64,000 bases of DNA, from NCBI RefSeq assembly GCF_037042905.1, contig NC_087245.1, positions 4,714,001 to 4,778,000 of the forward strand, in the 5' to 3' direction. Each line of letters starts with the position of its first letter. Position 1 is the first letter of the stretch. This stretch comes from Lytechinus pictus (lineage: Eukaryota). Made by a program: the position numbers and the translations under genes. The notes below the pieces were generated by a model. That model searched no databases, had not been told where the DNA came from, and saw nothing but the letters and a program-made list of their open reading frames with translations. Shown here piece by piece: positions 25,218 through 38,611 of this stretch.

Positions 25218-28200
25218 TATGTCCATATGGCAAATACCCCTCCAATATTATTTTTTTTACCCCACGATGGTTTAATGGTTTTTAGAGATTACATTCAAAT
25301 TTTTTTGACATTCCATCTTATTCCCTTCCCAAAGACCCCAACATTGATAAATTGGAAGAAACGGGGGTTTATCTTTAATGTTATAATAAGGACATAAGTA
25401 TTTCGTTTGGAAATGGTGAACTGGCTCTTTATTTGCATTTTATGATTCAATCGTTGTTTCATTTGTTAAGCGGTATTTTAGGAAGAATTTTCACTAATAA
25501 AACAATTATCTCTTGTGAATTTTTTTTCTTTTCTTTCGTAAAAAGTGGGGGGGGGGGATGTTTGTACAGGCCATCCACCCTCCTCGAAAAGTGGGGGGGG
25601 GGGATATATCCCCCCCATCCCCCCGGGATTTATGCCAGTGGCTGAAATCATTGAAAATACATTGAATCGATCTGGCCTATCAAATTTCTGGCTTCATCAA
25701 TGCAGTGGATTGAGTGTAAGAATTGTCATGAATACGTCAATCGAGGACGACATTTATTGCCAGGACTGGAATACAGCTGTTTTTTGAAAAAATTACAGAA
25801 TATTTAAAAGTAACCATGAATATGAGAGTATATATAAGAAAGACGCTATTACACTTTCTAAATTCAGATGTAGATCACATGCACTGTTACCAAAGGTTGT
25901 TTTGATGCTAACATCCCTCATTCTGAAATGCAGTGTACACTTTGCCTTTCTTCGATCTGACTTAGGAGACGAATATTTTTTTTATAAAGACAGAATGTTA
26001 TTGCTAACACAGAGTATACGCCGTGCATTGAAGTGTTTTAGTCATGTAAAAGCTTTTTGATATATACTAAAAAACTGGGCGTCCTTTAAAAAGAGTAGCT
26101 AAATTTGCTCACCTCATTATGGTGGAATTTAGTCACAAACCAAAGAAAGATGATTGTACTCTTAGTTCATGTGGTAGATCTACTTCTACTTCTACATGTA
26201 GTTCAGTTCGTACCCGAAGTGGTATGTTAGTGAAACGACCAGTTCGTTTTCTTGTGCACTTGTAAATAGATTGTAGAGCATGCAAGATAATATTGGGAAC
26301 CAAGTATGTATAATATGACATGGCTCTAAATACCTTTAATTTGACATCACTTTAAAGTCGAAGAGTAAAACTTACCACATAATTTTATTTCGCTTTAAAA
26401 TTAGAAATTAATCAATTGTACAAAAACTTGTTACCTCCACTGAAAACAAACACTTTCAATTTACGACATATAATGCAAAACAAAAAATTCAGAACAGTGC
26501 ACTCTGACAAGGTTATTAAATAAGTACCATGGTAAATAGATTTCCAATTTGTGTAATGAATGTGCAATATTGTGTTATTTATATTTTTGTATCAATTTTA
26601 ACTCCATTTTTAACAGCACATATGTAATTTTAATTTGTTTATTAATTGTTAATCTTAATAATTTTGATTATTTTTATATATTGGCATTATGTAAACATGT
26701 ACAATTCAGTTTGTGACTGCTAATCATGTTTTGCAATAAACCTGAATTGAATTGAATAATGTGTTATATTATATTGATATGAAGTTATGACTGTTTGCAA
26801 ACATTTATATGCATACATTGTTTTGGCAGCTCGAGCTAAAGCCGGGGTAATAATAATGATAATAACATCGCGCCTCGGAATAGAATATTTCTAGATAGAT
26901 GGCGCTATATAAATGCCTATTATTATTATTATTATTATTATTCTATAGTTTGTTATATGTTGTTTATATGTTTAACTCAAGAGAAGGGTCGATAGAGTGA
27001 ATAAGATCTAATTTTAACTTTAAACTAAAGCGTGAATCTATCTTTAATATACTGCATGCCAAAGTGTTAAATTTGGCCTAATTTTGCATTCTAAATTGTA
27101 AACCGCGCGGTAGCTCCACTCCCGCGTTCTGACAAGAACTATTCAGGCGTTCCCCTCGACAAGCGTTTGCTATAGGGACCTATACCAGTATACGCCTTCT
27201 CAAGTTCTCATGACCGATCTTATTTATAAACTCAACTTGTAGGACTGTATATCTAATACTCTAATATCATTGATGACAAAAATTTATTTCGTATGACTAT
27301 ATGTTTACAAGAAATTAAGATATTTTTAAAATAAAAGAAAATGTTTATATGAAATAACAAGTATGCGAAATGAAACACATTTCTACATTGGCTTTATTTC
27401 AGAGCCGTTTAAATCCGCTAAATCACCAGAGTGTGGAATAAAATTCATCAATGAATTATTTTAGATATGGTTATAATTTTGATCATAAACCAATTTAAAA
27501 AATTATACTGGAGTGGAAAGGGGAGAGGTCATATCCAGGCATCTTTGTGGATTGAGCGGGGGAAATTGGGATCATGTAGGCCTATATACCTGCATATACT
27601 TCAAGTTAAATGTATATAGATCAATGTTGGTAATAAAACATTTAGTACAGCAATATTTGCCAAATCTTTTCGATGTTATATCTATTTTTAATAGGAAACT
27701 GCACTAAATAAGGCAACAATCCAAATATTATTTAAAATGTGAATGAGATTTTGTAAAAAAAAAAATTAAATGCTGCATCATCTCTGAATATGATCTTAAT
27801 GATTACTCATAATTTTTATTCTCTGCAATATTTTCCTTTTCATTTGCACCATTGTCCTATTCTGACACGTGTTTTAAATTCATATTGTGGCCTGCATTCA
27901 CCTTATTTCCGATAATCATAATCCAACATTTTGCCATTCTCATCTCTACTCTAACCAGTGAGTAAATGAGTTTTCGATAAAACAAATATTATTTGTTGAA
28001 TCCTCATTCACTCGTCCTGATATAAGTACTTTATTTATTTTTCTTCTGAAATTTCACTTTGTTATTGATAAGTGACTCTATATTTTCCTCTAATATGCCC
28101 ATTATTTTAAAGGTCTGAAGCAACTTTAGCAAGGCTCACTCACTACACTCGCTCGCCGCAAGTTGTCCCTCCCATATACTTACATATACCCCTTGAACGT

Positions 28201-28329
28201 TTTGGGACACCGTTCAGTCTCTCCAAACTACTGAAAATTTGCTTGCTCGCTTCGCTCGTTCGTATACATTGAAATGCACGGGCAGCCTAAATGTAATCTA
28301 ATACTTTATGACAACAAAATAATTACAAC

Positions 28330-30025
28330 TGCTCAGTGTAAAAATGGCAGAGGTAAAATTGCAGAGGTAAAAATGGCAAAGGTAAAAATGGCAGAGGTAA
28401 AAATGGCAGAGGTAAAAATGGCAAAGGTAAAAATGACAGAGGTATAAATGACAGTGGTAATAATGGCAGAGGTAAAAATGACAGAGGTATAAATGGTCAG
28501 TCTTAAACCCCCATGCCAAAAAATAAAAAATCCCCTCCATGCATACAGTACATTAAATAAGAAAGGTTCTGAGAAGAAAATTGGAATTATAATGTTTGAC
28601 TAATGGAAAAGGTAACATTTTAAAATGATACTGTAGATCTTCTGCACCAAATTGATAACAAGCTTGAGCTCGTATTTCTTATTTTTCTGGACTTACATGC
28701 ACGACCGTCTCATGTCAAATCGCTCTTCTAATATTCAAATTTGAAGCACACTTTTGGATCCCAAGTATTATACTTCATTCATTACAGGGGAAATTCACAC
28801 TAACATAAAGTTTATCGTAGAAACAGCAGAAAATAATTAAAATGATATTGGTGGGGGTTTAGGGGATCCATCAAAGATTTAAAAAGCTATTAGAATGTTA
28901 CATTTTAACGGTGATGTCATTTCCGAGCAGTTTTTCCCACATATGGTGTGATAAAAATATAAATGAAATGTCATTTTCTTAAAAAAAAAAGAAAATGGTT
29001 TTTATTGTACCTTAAGTATATCAACATACAAATTATTTCACATCCGCTCCTGAAAGAATTTTTTTGGCAATCATGAACCACTGATTAAAAAATTGAAAAG
29101 TATATATTTTGGTGCATAAAATACGGGGCAGCTGCTAGTATATGACATCACAGATCAAAAACTCAAACTTCTAATAACTTTCTTAATCTTTGATGGACTT
29201 TCCGCAAACCACCAATATATTTTTCTGCTAATTTTACAGTAAACCATTTGTCAGGGTGAATTTCCACTTAAAAATAGGTCGATAGAATGGTACCTAAGAA
29301 ACACCTATAAATTTGAACCCCTGATTCGCTACACATTTCAAATTCACGCGGTAACGGCCGTTACCATAGAAACTAGTTTAGGAACCTGACATCCACTTGG
29401 ACTAGGTGCAATGATGTATTGCTCTGAAAAAGTGAACACTAGTTGCTATTATTATAAATCATTTACATTAAACTACATGCGTATCATATCAATATCTATT
29501 CGGATCCATTATGATGTTGAAATATAAAAATTACTTTTATTACAGAGCGTTTTGTTATTTTTCGGTTATCCAAGTTATGCAAGTGGTTCAAAGAAATCCC
29601 GAACTTGTCTATTTCAGTGTGTTAATGGTAACGCACATTGGTGTTTACATTAAAATGTGTTGGGTATGTATGGGATGAAGTGCTGTTCTACTATACGATC
29701 TGGCCAAGATAAATCCTTTCATCAATCACTAATTGAAATCATTTTGGCATGAAAATGTTTGAGTTTAATCATATCAACGATAAAGTATAGACCTAAAATG
29801 ATGACAAAAAATCCATATAATATCAAATCAGTTCATAATACTCATTTCGTCGAAAGGAGTCCATTCAAGTTCAATAATTATGACTGATATTAACCGAAAA
29901 GGCTCTGTCTTCAATGTTGATGTAGCATGCCATGATCTTTATCTCTGTCATTTATGCCTCTGCCATTTTTACCTCTGCCATTTTTACCTCTGCCATTTTT
30001 ACCTCTGCCATTCTTACCCGGCACC
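28330..30025. mobile_element. Foldback/MULE-like element with arms of 15-bp tandem repeats (aaaatggcagaggta)
   Basis: Array at ~28340-28497 and its inverted counterpart at ~29938-30012; 9-bp TSD AATTACAAC (28321-28329, 30026-30034). Contains a nested MITE at ~28786-29268. Confidence 0.8.
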
Positions 30026-31236
30026 AATTACAACAGCAAACACACACACAAAATGTGATTCAGTAGATGATACTACTTAGACTACTATGGCCTAGGATAC
30101 TACTGCTCTTACACTTCTACTACTATACTACTACTACTACTATTACTATAATATTACTACATGTTAATTTGCCAGAATGGGAAAACTCCACTTTTCGGAA
30201 AGTGGGGATGGAATGTATAATCACACCACCCCACACACACACATACCCTTACACATACACACATTTCAAGGCAGATACGATATTTTTTAAACCATCAAAT
30301 TATTAATACTATACGGCTAATGCGTGGATTCATTTTTAAATGCGGTAAAAGTGCTTAAATTTGCCAAATTTCGCATTCTAAAATTGCAAAATTTCTCGCG
30401 CGGTCGCTCTGCTCCCGCGCTCTAATCTATACAAGGTTTTTGTCATGACAAATCCCCATGCTGCAAGCAAACCTTGATACACTGGCGTGAATGTGGGGGG
30501 GGGGGGGCATATTATTATCCTTGCATCTTTGTGGAAGCGGGGGATAATTTGTAACAAAAATATAGGCATACACTATACTTCAAGTTCAGTGTACTGATGA
30601 CATTATCCCGTTAATGAAACATCAGAGGCAAGTTATCACGGCAATATTTTCCAGACACTTTACAATTTCATCCGTTTATAAAGCAGAATTCAAATCACAT
30701 TAATTCCATAAAAAATCTAATAAATATTTCAAATATGAATTTTGTTCGAAATTTTGAACGTTGCATCTCCCAATATAATCTTAAAGATCATTCAAAATCT
30801 TTCCTTCTGCAATACTTTCCTTTTAATTTGCATTATGTGCTATTTCCAAGTTTTTTGGAAGTTTATATTTTGTCCTGTGATGGCTTTTAATCATTTCATG
30901 TACCCTTATTCCCGATGAAATGATCCCATTTATTTTCATTCTTATCTTTAACCAGTGAGCAAATGAGTTTTCATCGAAAAAAATATGGAATGTTTCATAC
31001 ATATTTGCTCTTTGTTTTCGTTTTCCTTTTCTTCTTCTGTTTGATTTTTGATATTCCGACCCAAAGCTTGACATTCTAAGCACTTTTTCTACCCATGCAT
31101 GAACAGGATCGTAATCTAATTTAACAATGCGAGTGCGAAGATGAAATTTTGATAATCTGACCTAAAATCCCTAAACTTTAGACATTCTAAGCACTTCTGG
31201 TAATCATGAGCATGATGGGCATCTAATTACACGTGA

Positions 31237-31468
31237 AAACATGAGTTTGGCGCCCCCATGTGAAACATGAATTTGGCGCCCCCGCCCCAAGTGAAACATG
31301 AAGTTTGGCGCCCCCAGGTCAAACATCAAATTGGCGCCTCAAAGGTCGAATATGATTTTGGCGCCCCCAGGTCGAACATCAATTTGGCCTCCCCAAGGTC
31401 GAACATCAATTTGGCGCCTCCATCAGGTCAAACATCAAATTGGCGCCCCAAATGTCGAATATAAATTT
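31237..31468 (+). repeat. Minisatellite, ~8 units of 26-31 bp (aaacatcaatttggcgcccccaggtc)
   Basis: Direct tandem units with no unique spacers. Confidence 0.85.
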
Positions 31469-32068
31469 AGTAGTGGTAATAGTAATAGTAGCAGTTTTAG
31501 GAAACTGTCTTTTCACTCGATAGTTTATGCGGTCGACATATGGTCATGGAATAGGGTGTTTCCTTCTGAAAAAGATATATAGCCTATTGCGACAGAGATC
31601 TGTACATTTCTGTAAACAGGATTTCTTGACAATGGATAAAGGGTGAAGTGGTGGAGTGGAAGTAACAATCAATTCAAACTAATAATATTGCAAAATCAAA
31701 CATGGTTTCCAATTTTCTGTGAATCTATTTGATACCGATGACGTACATTCCGATCTCATATATCCACCCCATAAGCAATTCCAACTTCTTCCATGTTTAG
31801 GCCTGTATATATTATGCAGGGTTTGAATGGTTTGCAAGTGCCAGTCTCTATAGGATTTCGAAAGACTATTGTTATGATATACAGTTAGACTAAACAGTCC
31901 TGAATTGTAAAAAAGTAGAGATTGATCTAACGCAAACCATTTCCTGCTTATTGTGTGTAGGCCTAAGGAAATTAATTTTGTTCGACTTCATGCAAATCAA
32001 GCCATAGGGTACATCATTTTCATTCAACCCTACTTCAATGAAAATTAAATACTCCAGCTATTATTAAC

Positions 32069-32287
32069 CTGCAAAAACTCCGGTGTTGATTTAACACCAG
32101 CCCGGAATCTATTATATGTCCACACCAGAGAAGTATTGAAACAACACCAGTTTGGAATCAAACCGATGCTGTGTTAATACTAACTGGTGTTGTATAAACA
32201 CTTATCTGGTGTAAGACCAAAGCGAAACTGTGGACATATATAGATTCCGGGCTGGTGTTAAATCAAAACCAGAGTTTTTTTGCAGTG
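32069..32287. mobile_element. Palindromic MITE (ctgcaaaaactc...gagttttttgcagtg)
   Basis: Long inverted arms including gatttaacaccagcccggaatcta / tagattccgggctggtgttaaatc. Confidence 0.75.
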
Positions 32288-32534
32288 TACCTTCTTGACG
32301 ATTAAATACATGTTTGCTCATAAAATGGTTATAAAAGCCAGTTAATTTCTGCCCCCCCCCCCGAAACTCATAGGCGTATATATAGAGTTGAATGAATGCT
32401 TTGCCTATTCTATTCGATAAATTAATAGCTCTATGGTTAAACGCCTTGGGAGTTGAATCATGCATGGATGTGCAATTATCAACAGCATGTTACAGGTTGG
32501 GCAAACGCGGACAGAGTATTATGACCTTGCAATC

Positions 32535-32874
32535 GGGACTTCCCTCTAGACGAGTATTTGCATTTCTTATAGGGGGCATTTGTTCTAAAAATAGACTTAT
32601 TGCGTCATCCCGGATTTCCCCCTTTCACTCTTGTTTGGAATCTTGCTGAGTGCACGGCCGGTGTATCGTATACGTATGCAGGACCAGTACCGACCAGTAC
32701 CTTACGTACCGTACGTTCGTGTGCGTGTACAAGATCATAAGATGTCTGGATGACCCGATCAATGATATTTTGTGTGGTTTTGACCGCTGATATTTACTCC
32801 TTTTTCGTGGAAATCGTGAGTGACTTTGCCATAAGAAGCTGCACAATCTTTTCAAGGTCGCATTTGCTGTGAGT
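32535..32874 (+). promoter_or_regulatory. Putative NF-kB-responsive promoter and non-coding first exon of the TIR-DD gene
   Basis: GGGACTTCCC at 32535-32544; octamer ATTTGCAT at 32556-32563; ATTGCGTCAT (C/EBP-ATF-like) at 32599-32608; GGATTTCCCC (= GGGGAAATCC on minus) at 32612-32621. A CpG-richer segment follows, with donor-like GTGAGT at 32816 and 32869. Confidence 0.5.
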
Positions 32875-34629
32875 ATAAGAGTCAACCATTAATTAATGGG
32901 ATTTATAACCTAGCGTACCGTATTCCATCATCAAGGCAGTGCAGTGTCTGAGTGTGATGTAAGACAGTGATGTTTGTGAGTGCATGGGCATGAGAGTTCC
33001 ACTTCAACACACTTTGGAGTCCAAGGCTAGCTGACGAGTGACGACACGTCCTGTCTACCATTAATGTGTATTAATGTATTGCTTGCCTTGGTGATATCCC
33101 GGGGGGGGGGGGGGGTGGGGTCACTCTCCACATATACTGCTACCCACCGGTGTCCGACAGAAATGCACCCTAAATGGTGTAACTAGTATTAAAGGGATGG
33201 TCTAGCCCACTCACACTAATACGAGGTTAGTAATAGTATATTAATTATTAGACAGGAATAACCGTCGTTTCTGGGGATTTATTCAACAATTTCTGACATT
33301 TTACTGTAATCCCCATTTACCGACGGTAGGGTGTATGTGTGGGCTCGCATGTGTTCTCATTCCCTCCCTTTTGTCAATTCACAGTCCAAAGTTTGATGTA
33401 ATTTTACACATCGAATTTACAATCTAAGGATGTATAACCAACAAACTTTTAAAACTTGATATTCCATTATCAAAATACTTTAAACGATATAGATGAAAAG
33501 GCATGAAAATTATACTTTACCGATGTTTAATTGGGTTGAACACGATAAAAATGGTCAAAATGGCAGCCAAACTATGAAATATTTACAAACGAACTGAGAG
33601 GGCGTCAACAATCACGAATGTGATATCGATATTGCTTTCGATATTATACGATCTGCTCCTTATACGATACGATACACTACACGAAGATAAACGATACTAG
33701 TTATAATCGCGATATATCGAGACATTAAAAACTTAATAACGATAATGACGTCATTCAAGATGGCAACTTGCAAGAAAAACCGTCAGGTCAGGTGAAAATG
33801 TCTTAGATGACAGATTTCTCAATCATCCAGAGGATTTTTTTCAATAACTCCGGCCCAAGGTATGCAATTACTTAAGTTATTTATATTTCCCTGATAATAG
33901 AAACCATGAAATTTTTTAATTTGCTTAAAAAACAGTTTTAAATCGCGATCTATAAAACGCTACTTCACTATACGTTGGCTGTAGGTACGGGCCCCCATCC
34001 TCTTCAGTCTATGTATTGGTCAGTGAGCCAACGCAGTTCAGCGGAACAACCAAAATACAGAGACTGAAGCTCTTGGTCTAATTAATTATATACTATTACT
34101 AACCTCGTGAGTCGTACAAGGCACTTGTTCACTGCAACCACCCACTTGTTCACTGCAACCACCCTGCCTGTGGCCTGTGGGGAATCTACAGGTTGGACTA
34201 TGGCATGCCAATGCTGTACAAAGCACACACTTTAAAAAATGATTAAAAATAAAATATCACTTTAATGACCAAAATTACTAATTTCCGTACCGTTGCAATT
34301 TATTTTCTTTAGTAACTTGGGAATAATTTTTGTATTCATTAGAGCGCTCAAAAACTTTTTGGGCATATTTTTGTGTACGCCCTCTATTGGTGGAAAATAA
34401 TATGGCAAGAAAATTTTCATTTTTTTATCCCTATTTTTAATTAAGAAAAAAATAATTTAAAGAATCAAATTTACTTAAGGGCCAAGTTGTATGACATATA
34501 GGTCTAATGGAAACTGTCAGCGTAAAAAAATCAAGCATTTGTCCCAAAGAAAAAGAGAAAATTAGCCAAACATTGCCATCCTTATTTTGCCACACATGGA
34601 GATATAACTGAGAACAAGGTTATATCATA

Positions 34630-36922
34630 GGTGACCCGACAATTGCTACGCCGACATCTGCTCCGCCGACAATTGCTACGCAAAATAAGACAGTTGCTCC
34701 GCCGACAATTGCTCCGGACAATTGCTCCGCCGACAGTTGCTCCGTCGACACTTGCTCCGCCGATATGTGCTCCGTCGACACTTGCTCCGCCGATATTTGC
34801 TCCGCCGATATTTGCTCCGCCGACATGTGCTCCGCCGACATCTGCTCCGCCGAAAATTGCTCCGCCGACATCTGCTCCAATTATACGACAATTGCTCCGC
34901 CGATATTTGCTCCGCCGAAAATTGCTCCGATTATACGACAATTGCTTCGCGACAATTGCTCCACCGATATTTGCTCCGCCGACATCTACTCCGATTATAC
35001 GACAATTACATGAACATCTTATTTCTCCAAGTTGGTCTATGTTAAATGATAAGAAATTCATCCTGATACAAATTGTTTTGTCGTTGTTTTGTTCTTGTTA
35101 TTCGTTAATGTTTTATTTATTTTATTCTCCCCCTATCATCACAGCTTTCTGCTTAAAAAACAAAACAAATTGTTCTCCCTGCCGCTGCCACTTGACAAAT
35201 TGTAACGGAGAAGGGGAATGACACACTCCCCATTGAAATTGTGAATCTGGATTTTTGTTCATATATTATTATCATTGGTTTCACTCCGGTCTTGAGCGGG
35301 GAGAGAATTTTTTTTTTGGGGGGGGGGTGCTGGACACAATATCTCTTCTGCTTTCCAGCAACTTATACTCCATACATTCGCGCGGGCTCTCTCTCTCTCT
35401 CGTTTTGTTCTTTCACGTTGTTTATTTTTATTGGTGACCGCTTGATTTATTGTATATTTATCAGTATTATAATTATTAATATTTGTATCAATAATTTTTA
35501 TTTACGTCTTCGGCCTTATCTACCCTTGCACTTTTTTCCCTTCAATTTGTTTCAAACGAAAGTATGATCATCACTGGCGTACAGATAGGGGAGGGGCGTG
35601 CTAGGGGTCACAGATCCCCCCCCCATTCTCCCTACCAATGAAAAAAAAAGAATAAAGGAAAGGAAACTAAATGTCATCCTTGTCTGGCCCCCTCCATTTT
35701 TTTTTGTTGGCTCATTACGCTACTGGTGAGTTGCTATAAGACGAGGCTTCGGTTGTATTTTTTTCTATTCTGTGCAATAGCAACAATATAAATATATTTT
35801 AATAAATAAATATATGTATGTATCTCTCTCATAACGTATAAACAAATAATGTTGTTTCTAAAAGACAATAATACATATATATATATACCAGTAATAATAT
35901 AGTTACATATTCACGAAACCCAATAACGCATCGCACTGAATTTGTAATGCGAGCACGAAATGTTATTAACCTGGAAAGGGGACATTTATACGCATTTTTT
36001 TTATTGTAAACATAAAGCATACATATTGAATTTCACCTGGAGCAAATAACTCCACTTCGGAGCATATTTCGCCAGAGCGATTTTGACGCTAAGAATTTTT
36101 TTTTGTCCCGTCATAATAATTACATGAACACGCGTATTTTTTTTTTTCATTTTAATCACCAGGCGCGAAATAAAACTTAAACAAATGCCCCCCAAGGAAT
36201 AAGAATTAAGAATATCTATCCCTCCTTTGTGCTTATCCCTTTTTTCTATTTCTTTCTATGTTATGTATCAGGGGCCGCGGAACCGGGGGCTGGGGGCTTC
36301 AGCCCCCCCCCTCCCCCCTTTTTTTCCAAAACCGTGTACAAAAACGTAAAAATGACCATATGATTGTGATTTTTAGCATGGCCAGCCCCCACTTTGAAAA
36401 CAGTTCCGCGGCCCCTGTGTATGTCATGTAATATATCAAATTTACTTTGCAATATATATATTATAATATACACATTTGTAAATTGACGTCTTCATCCTGT
36501 GCTACAATTGTTATGCGCATGAAAGTACTAATTAATTTAAATGTCGCAATATCGGAGCAATTTACGGCGGAGCAGATGTCGGCGGAGCAAGCATTGACGG
36601 AGCAGATATCGGCGGAGCAATTGTCGCGATGCAATTTTCGGCGGAGCAGATGTCGGCGAAGCAATTATCGGCGGAGCAGATGTCGGTGGAGCAAATATCG
36701 GCGGAGCAATTGTCGTATAATCGGAGCAGATGTCGGCGGAGCAATTATCGGCGGAGCAATTGTCGGCGGAGCAATTTTCGGCGGAGCAGATGTCGGCGGA
36801 GCAGATGTCGGCGGAGCAAATATCGGCGGAGCAAATATCGGCGGAGCAAGTGTCGACGGAGCACATATCGGCGGAGCAAGTGTCGACGGAGCAAATGTCG
36901 GCGGAGCAATTGTCATGGAACC
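34630..36922. mobile_element. Foldback/MULE-like element with arms of 15-bp tandem repeats (tgctccgccgacaat)
   Basis: Array at ~34637-35007 and inverted array at ~36550-36914; GG...CC termini; 8-bp TSD ATATCATA (34622-34629, 36923-36930). Confidence 0.88.
36269..36417. mobile_element. Short poly-G/C MITE (CAGGGGCCGCGGAAC TIR); a second copy lies at ~54014-54192
   Basis: TIRs caggggccgcggaac / gttccgcggcccctg; shared interior (ttttttccaaaacc...aaaatgac) between the two copies. Confidence 0.75.
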
Positions 36923-37962
36923 ATATCATAACCTTGTTCATTGAATGAGTGGTACAAGGGACCGTGTTTGAACCTGGATTTCGAAGTAGTCGGCAAACAT
37001 CGCTTCATTGCTGAAATAATATTTGCCGAAACTCCTTCTCGCTACGCACCGGGGCTCTTTCTGGTAAGTAGCAATACATAAGAAAATTATACATATGATT
37101 TGGAAATAATTTCATTACAAAAAGAGCAAATTTCGCTTACCTTGGCCTAGCAAGTGACTTCGTTTGTCTTTTCTACGGAAACACAAGGAAGCCTGTTGGT
37201 GGTGCTAATAAATTTCACAACCTTGATTCAGCTCCTCGGTAATTTTATAACTGTGTCTAAATTCTTTGAATGCGCAATTCTTATGATTAATTTACTAATT
37301 ATGGGCACCAATAAATGAAATACCTTCAAAAACATAATTCAAGATTACTATTGGCGATGATAGCAATTAATTTAAAACGATGACTAATAACAAAATTGAA
37401 AAAAATACACATGCCTGGAACGAAACCAGCAGTACAAGCTTTAACGAACGTCAATAATACGGTATACCAAAGTCTATACAATGAAAAGATTGGACACTTC
37501 ACGGACTTCGCGTAATGCCTTGCGTCGATTTGCGTGTAAAATAGTGTAGGTGCCTAGTCTTTCCCTTGTCGTGTATTTGATATGAATATAAATCGCGCGC
37601 CCTCTTTAGGCGAAAATTGATATCCACGCTGACCAATTTTTATCTCCGTGAAATCTTCACTAAACATCAAGAAAATATACATATTTTTAAAAAGAAAATT
37701 CAAGGAGAAGTCACGGAAGGATCTAAATGATTCGGTAAGTGTCATAGCAGAATGTGAAATTCCAGATGATGTGTGATATTTTATGTGGACAAAAGCCCAG
37801 TATATTTTGGATGTGTCGTGTGTGTCGCGTGCATATGACTGATATTCCTTCGCACGCGAGACGATATGAACCCATGGGTGGGTCTAGCCCACTCACAGGT
37901 ATTGCGAGGTTAGTAGTATACTAGGTCTACTAGTATACTAGTCTACTACTGTATACTGGGTC

Positions 37963-38611
37963 TAGCCAGGAGGCTCTTAGAGAGTAGTAACTTATGCTTA
38001 CTCTCCACAGAGCCAGGGATTCTATTGCATTCATCTACAGTACACGGACCGCCAAAAAACCTCAAACTCTCGCCCCTGAGATTTCTACTTTCCTTAAAAG
38101 ATCTAGCCGTAAATCATGTACATGGGATAAAGCTTAATTTCCGACATTTCTACGATATTTATTTCATTTTTAAACAAGAATTCATTAAAAAACGAGAAAA
38201 ATGTTATGAAAAGACGAGGAAAACTTGCCACCGTGTTTACGTCGCCATCTTAGTTTCATTGTTAAATCGCACGGTTTGCGTGCTGTCGCCAAGCGAAAGA
38301 CAATGAAATCAAGATGGTGACGTAAACATGGTGGCAAGTTTTCCCCGTCTTTTCATATAATTTTTCTCGTTTTTTAATTGAATTCTTGTTTAAATATGAA
38401 ATCAATATCGTAGAAATGTCGGAAATGAAGTTGTATCCCATGTACATGATGTATAGGGCTAGATCTTTTAGAAGGAAAGTAGAAATCTCGGGGGCGAAAG
38501 TTTGAGGTTTTTTGGCAGTACGTGTACATGAATGCAATAGAATCCCTGGCTCTGTGGAAAGTAAGCATATGTTATTATAAAATGATTTTTACTCTAAGAG
38601 CCTCCTGGCTA
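37963..38611. mobile_element. 649-bp near-perfect palindromic element (TAGCCAGGAGGCTCTTAGAG TIR)
   Basis: Arms of about 290 bp are reverse complements, e.g. cacagagccagggattctattgcattcat / atgaatgcaatagaatccctggctctgtg. Confidence 0.88.

Larger units (their letters stand above)
33203..38611. mobile_element. Composite insertion with TAGCC...GGCTA ends and an 8-bp direct repeat GGATGGTC
   Basis: GGATGGTC at 33195-33202 and 38612-38619; the insertion interrupts the TIR of the host MITE. No transposase ORF seen. Confidence 0.7.

Noticed and set aside
28298..30080. CHFYL-repeat ORFs
   Set aside because: Translations of a 15-bp repeat in the inverted arms of a foldback element.
31237..31468. CRISPR-like periodic array
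   Set aside because: Tandem units without unique spacers, no cas genes and a eukaryotic context; it is a minisatellite.
34582..36948. Pentapeptide-repeat ORFs (SAEQM, GGADV, LLRRH, CSADI) in many frames
   Set aside because: They are translations of the stop-poor 15-bp tandem arms of a foldback transposon: open on both strands and bounded by a TSD.
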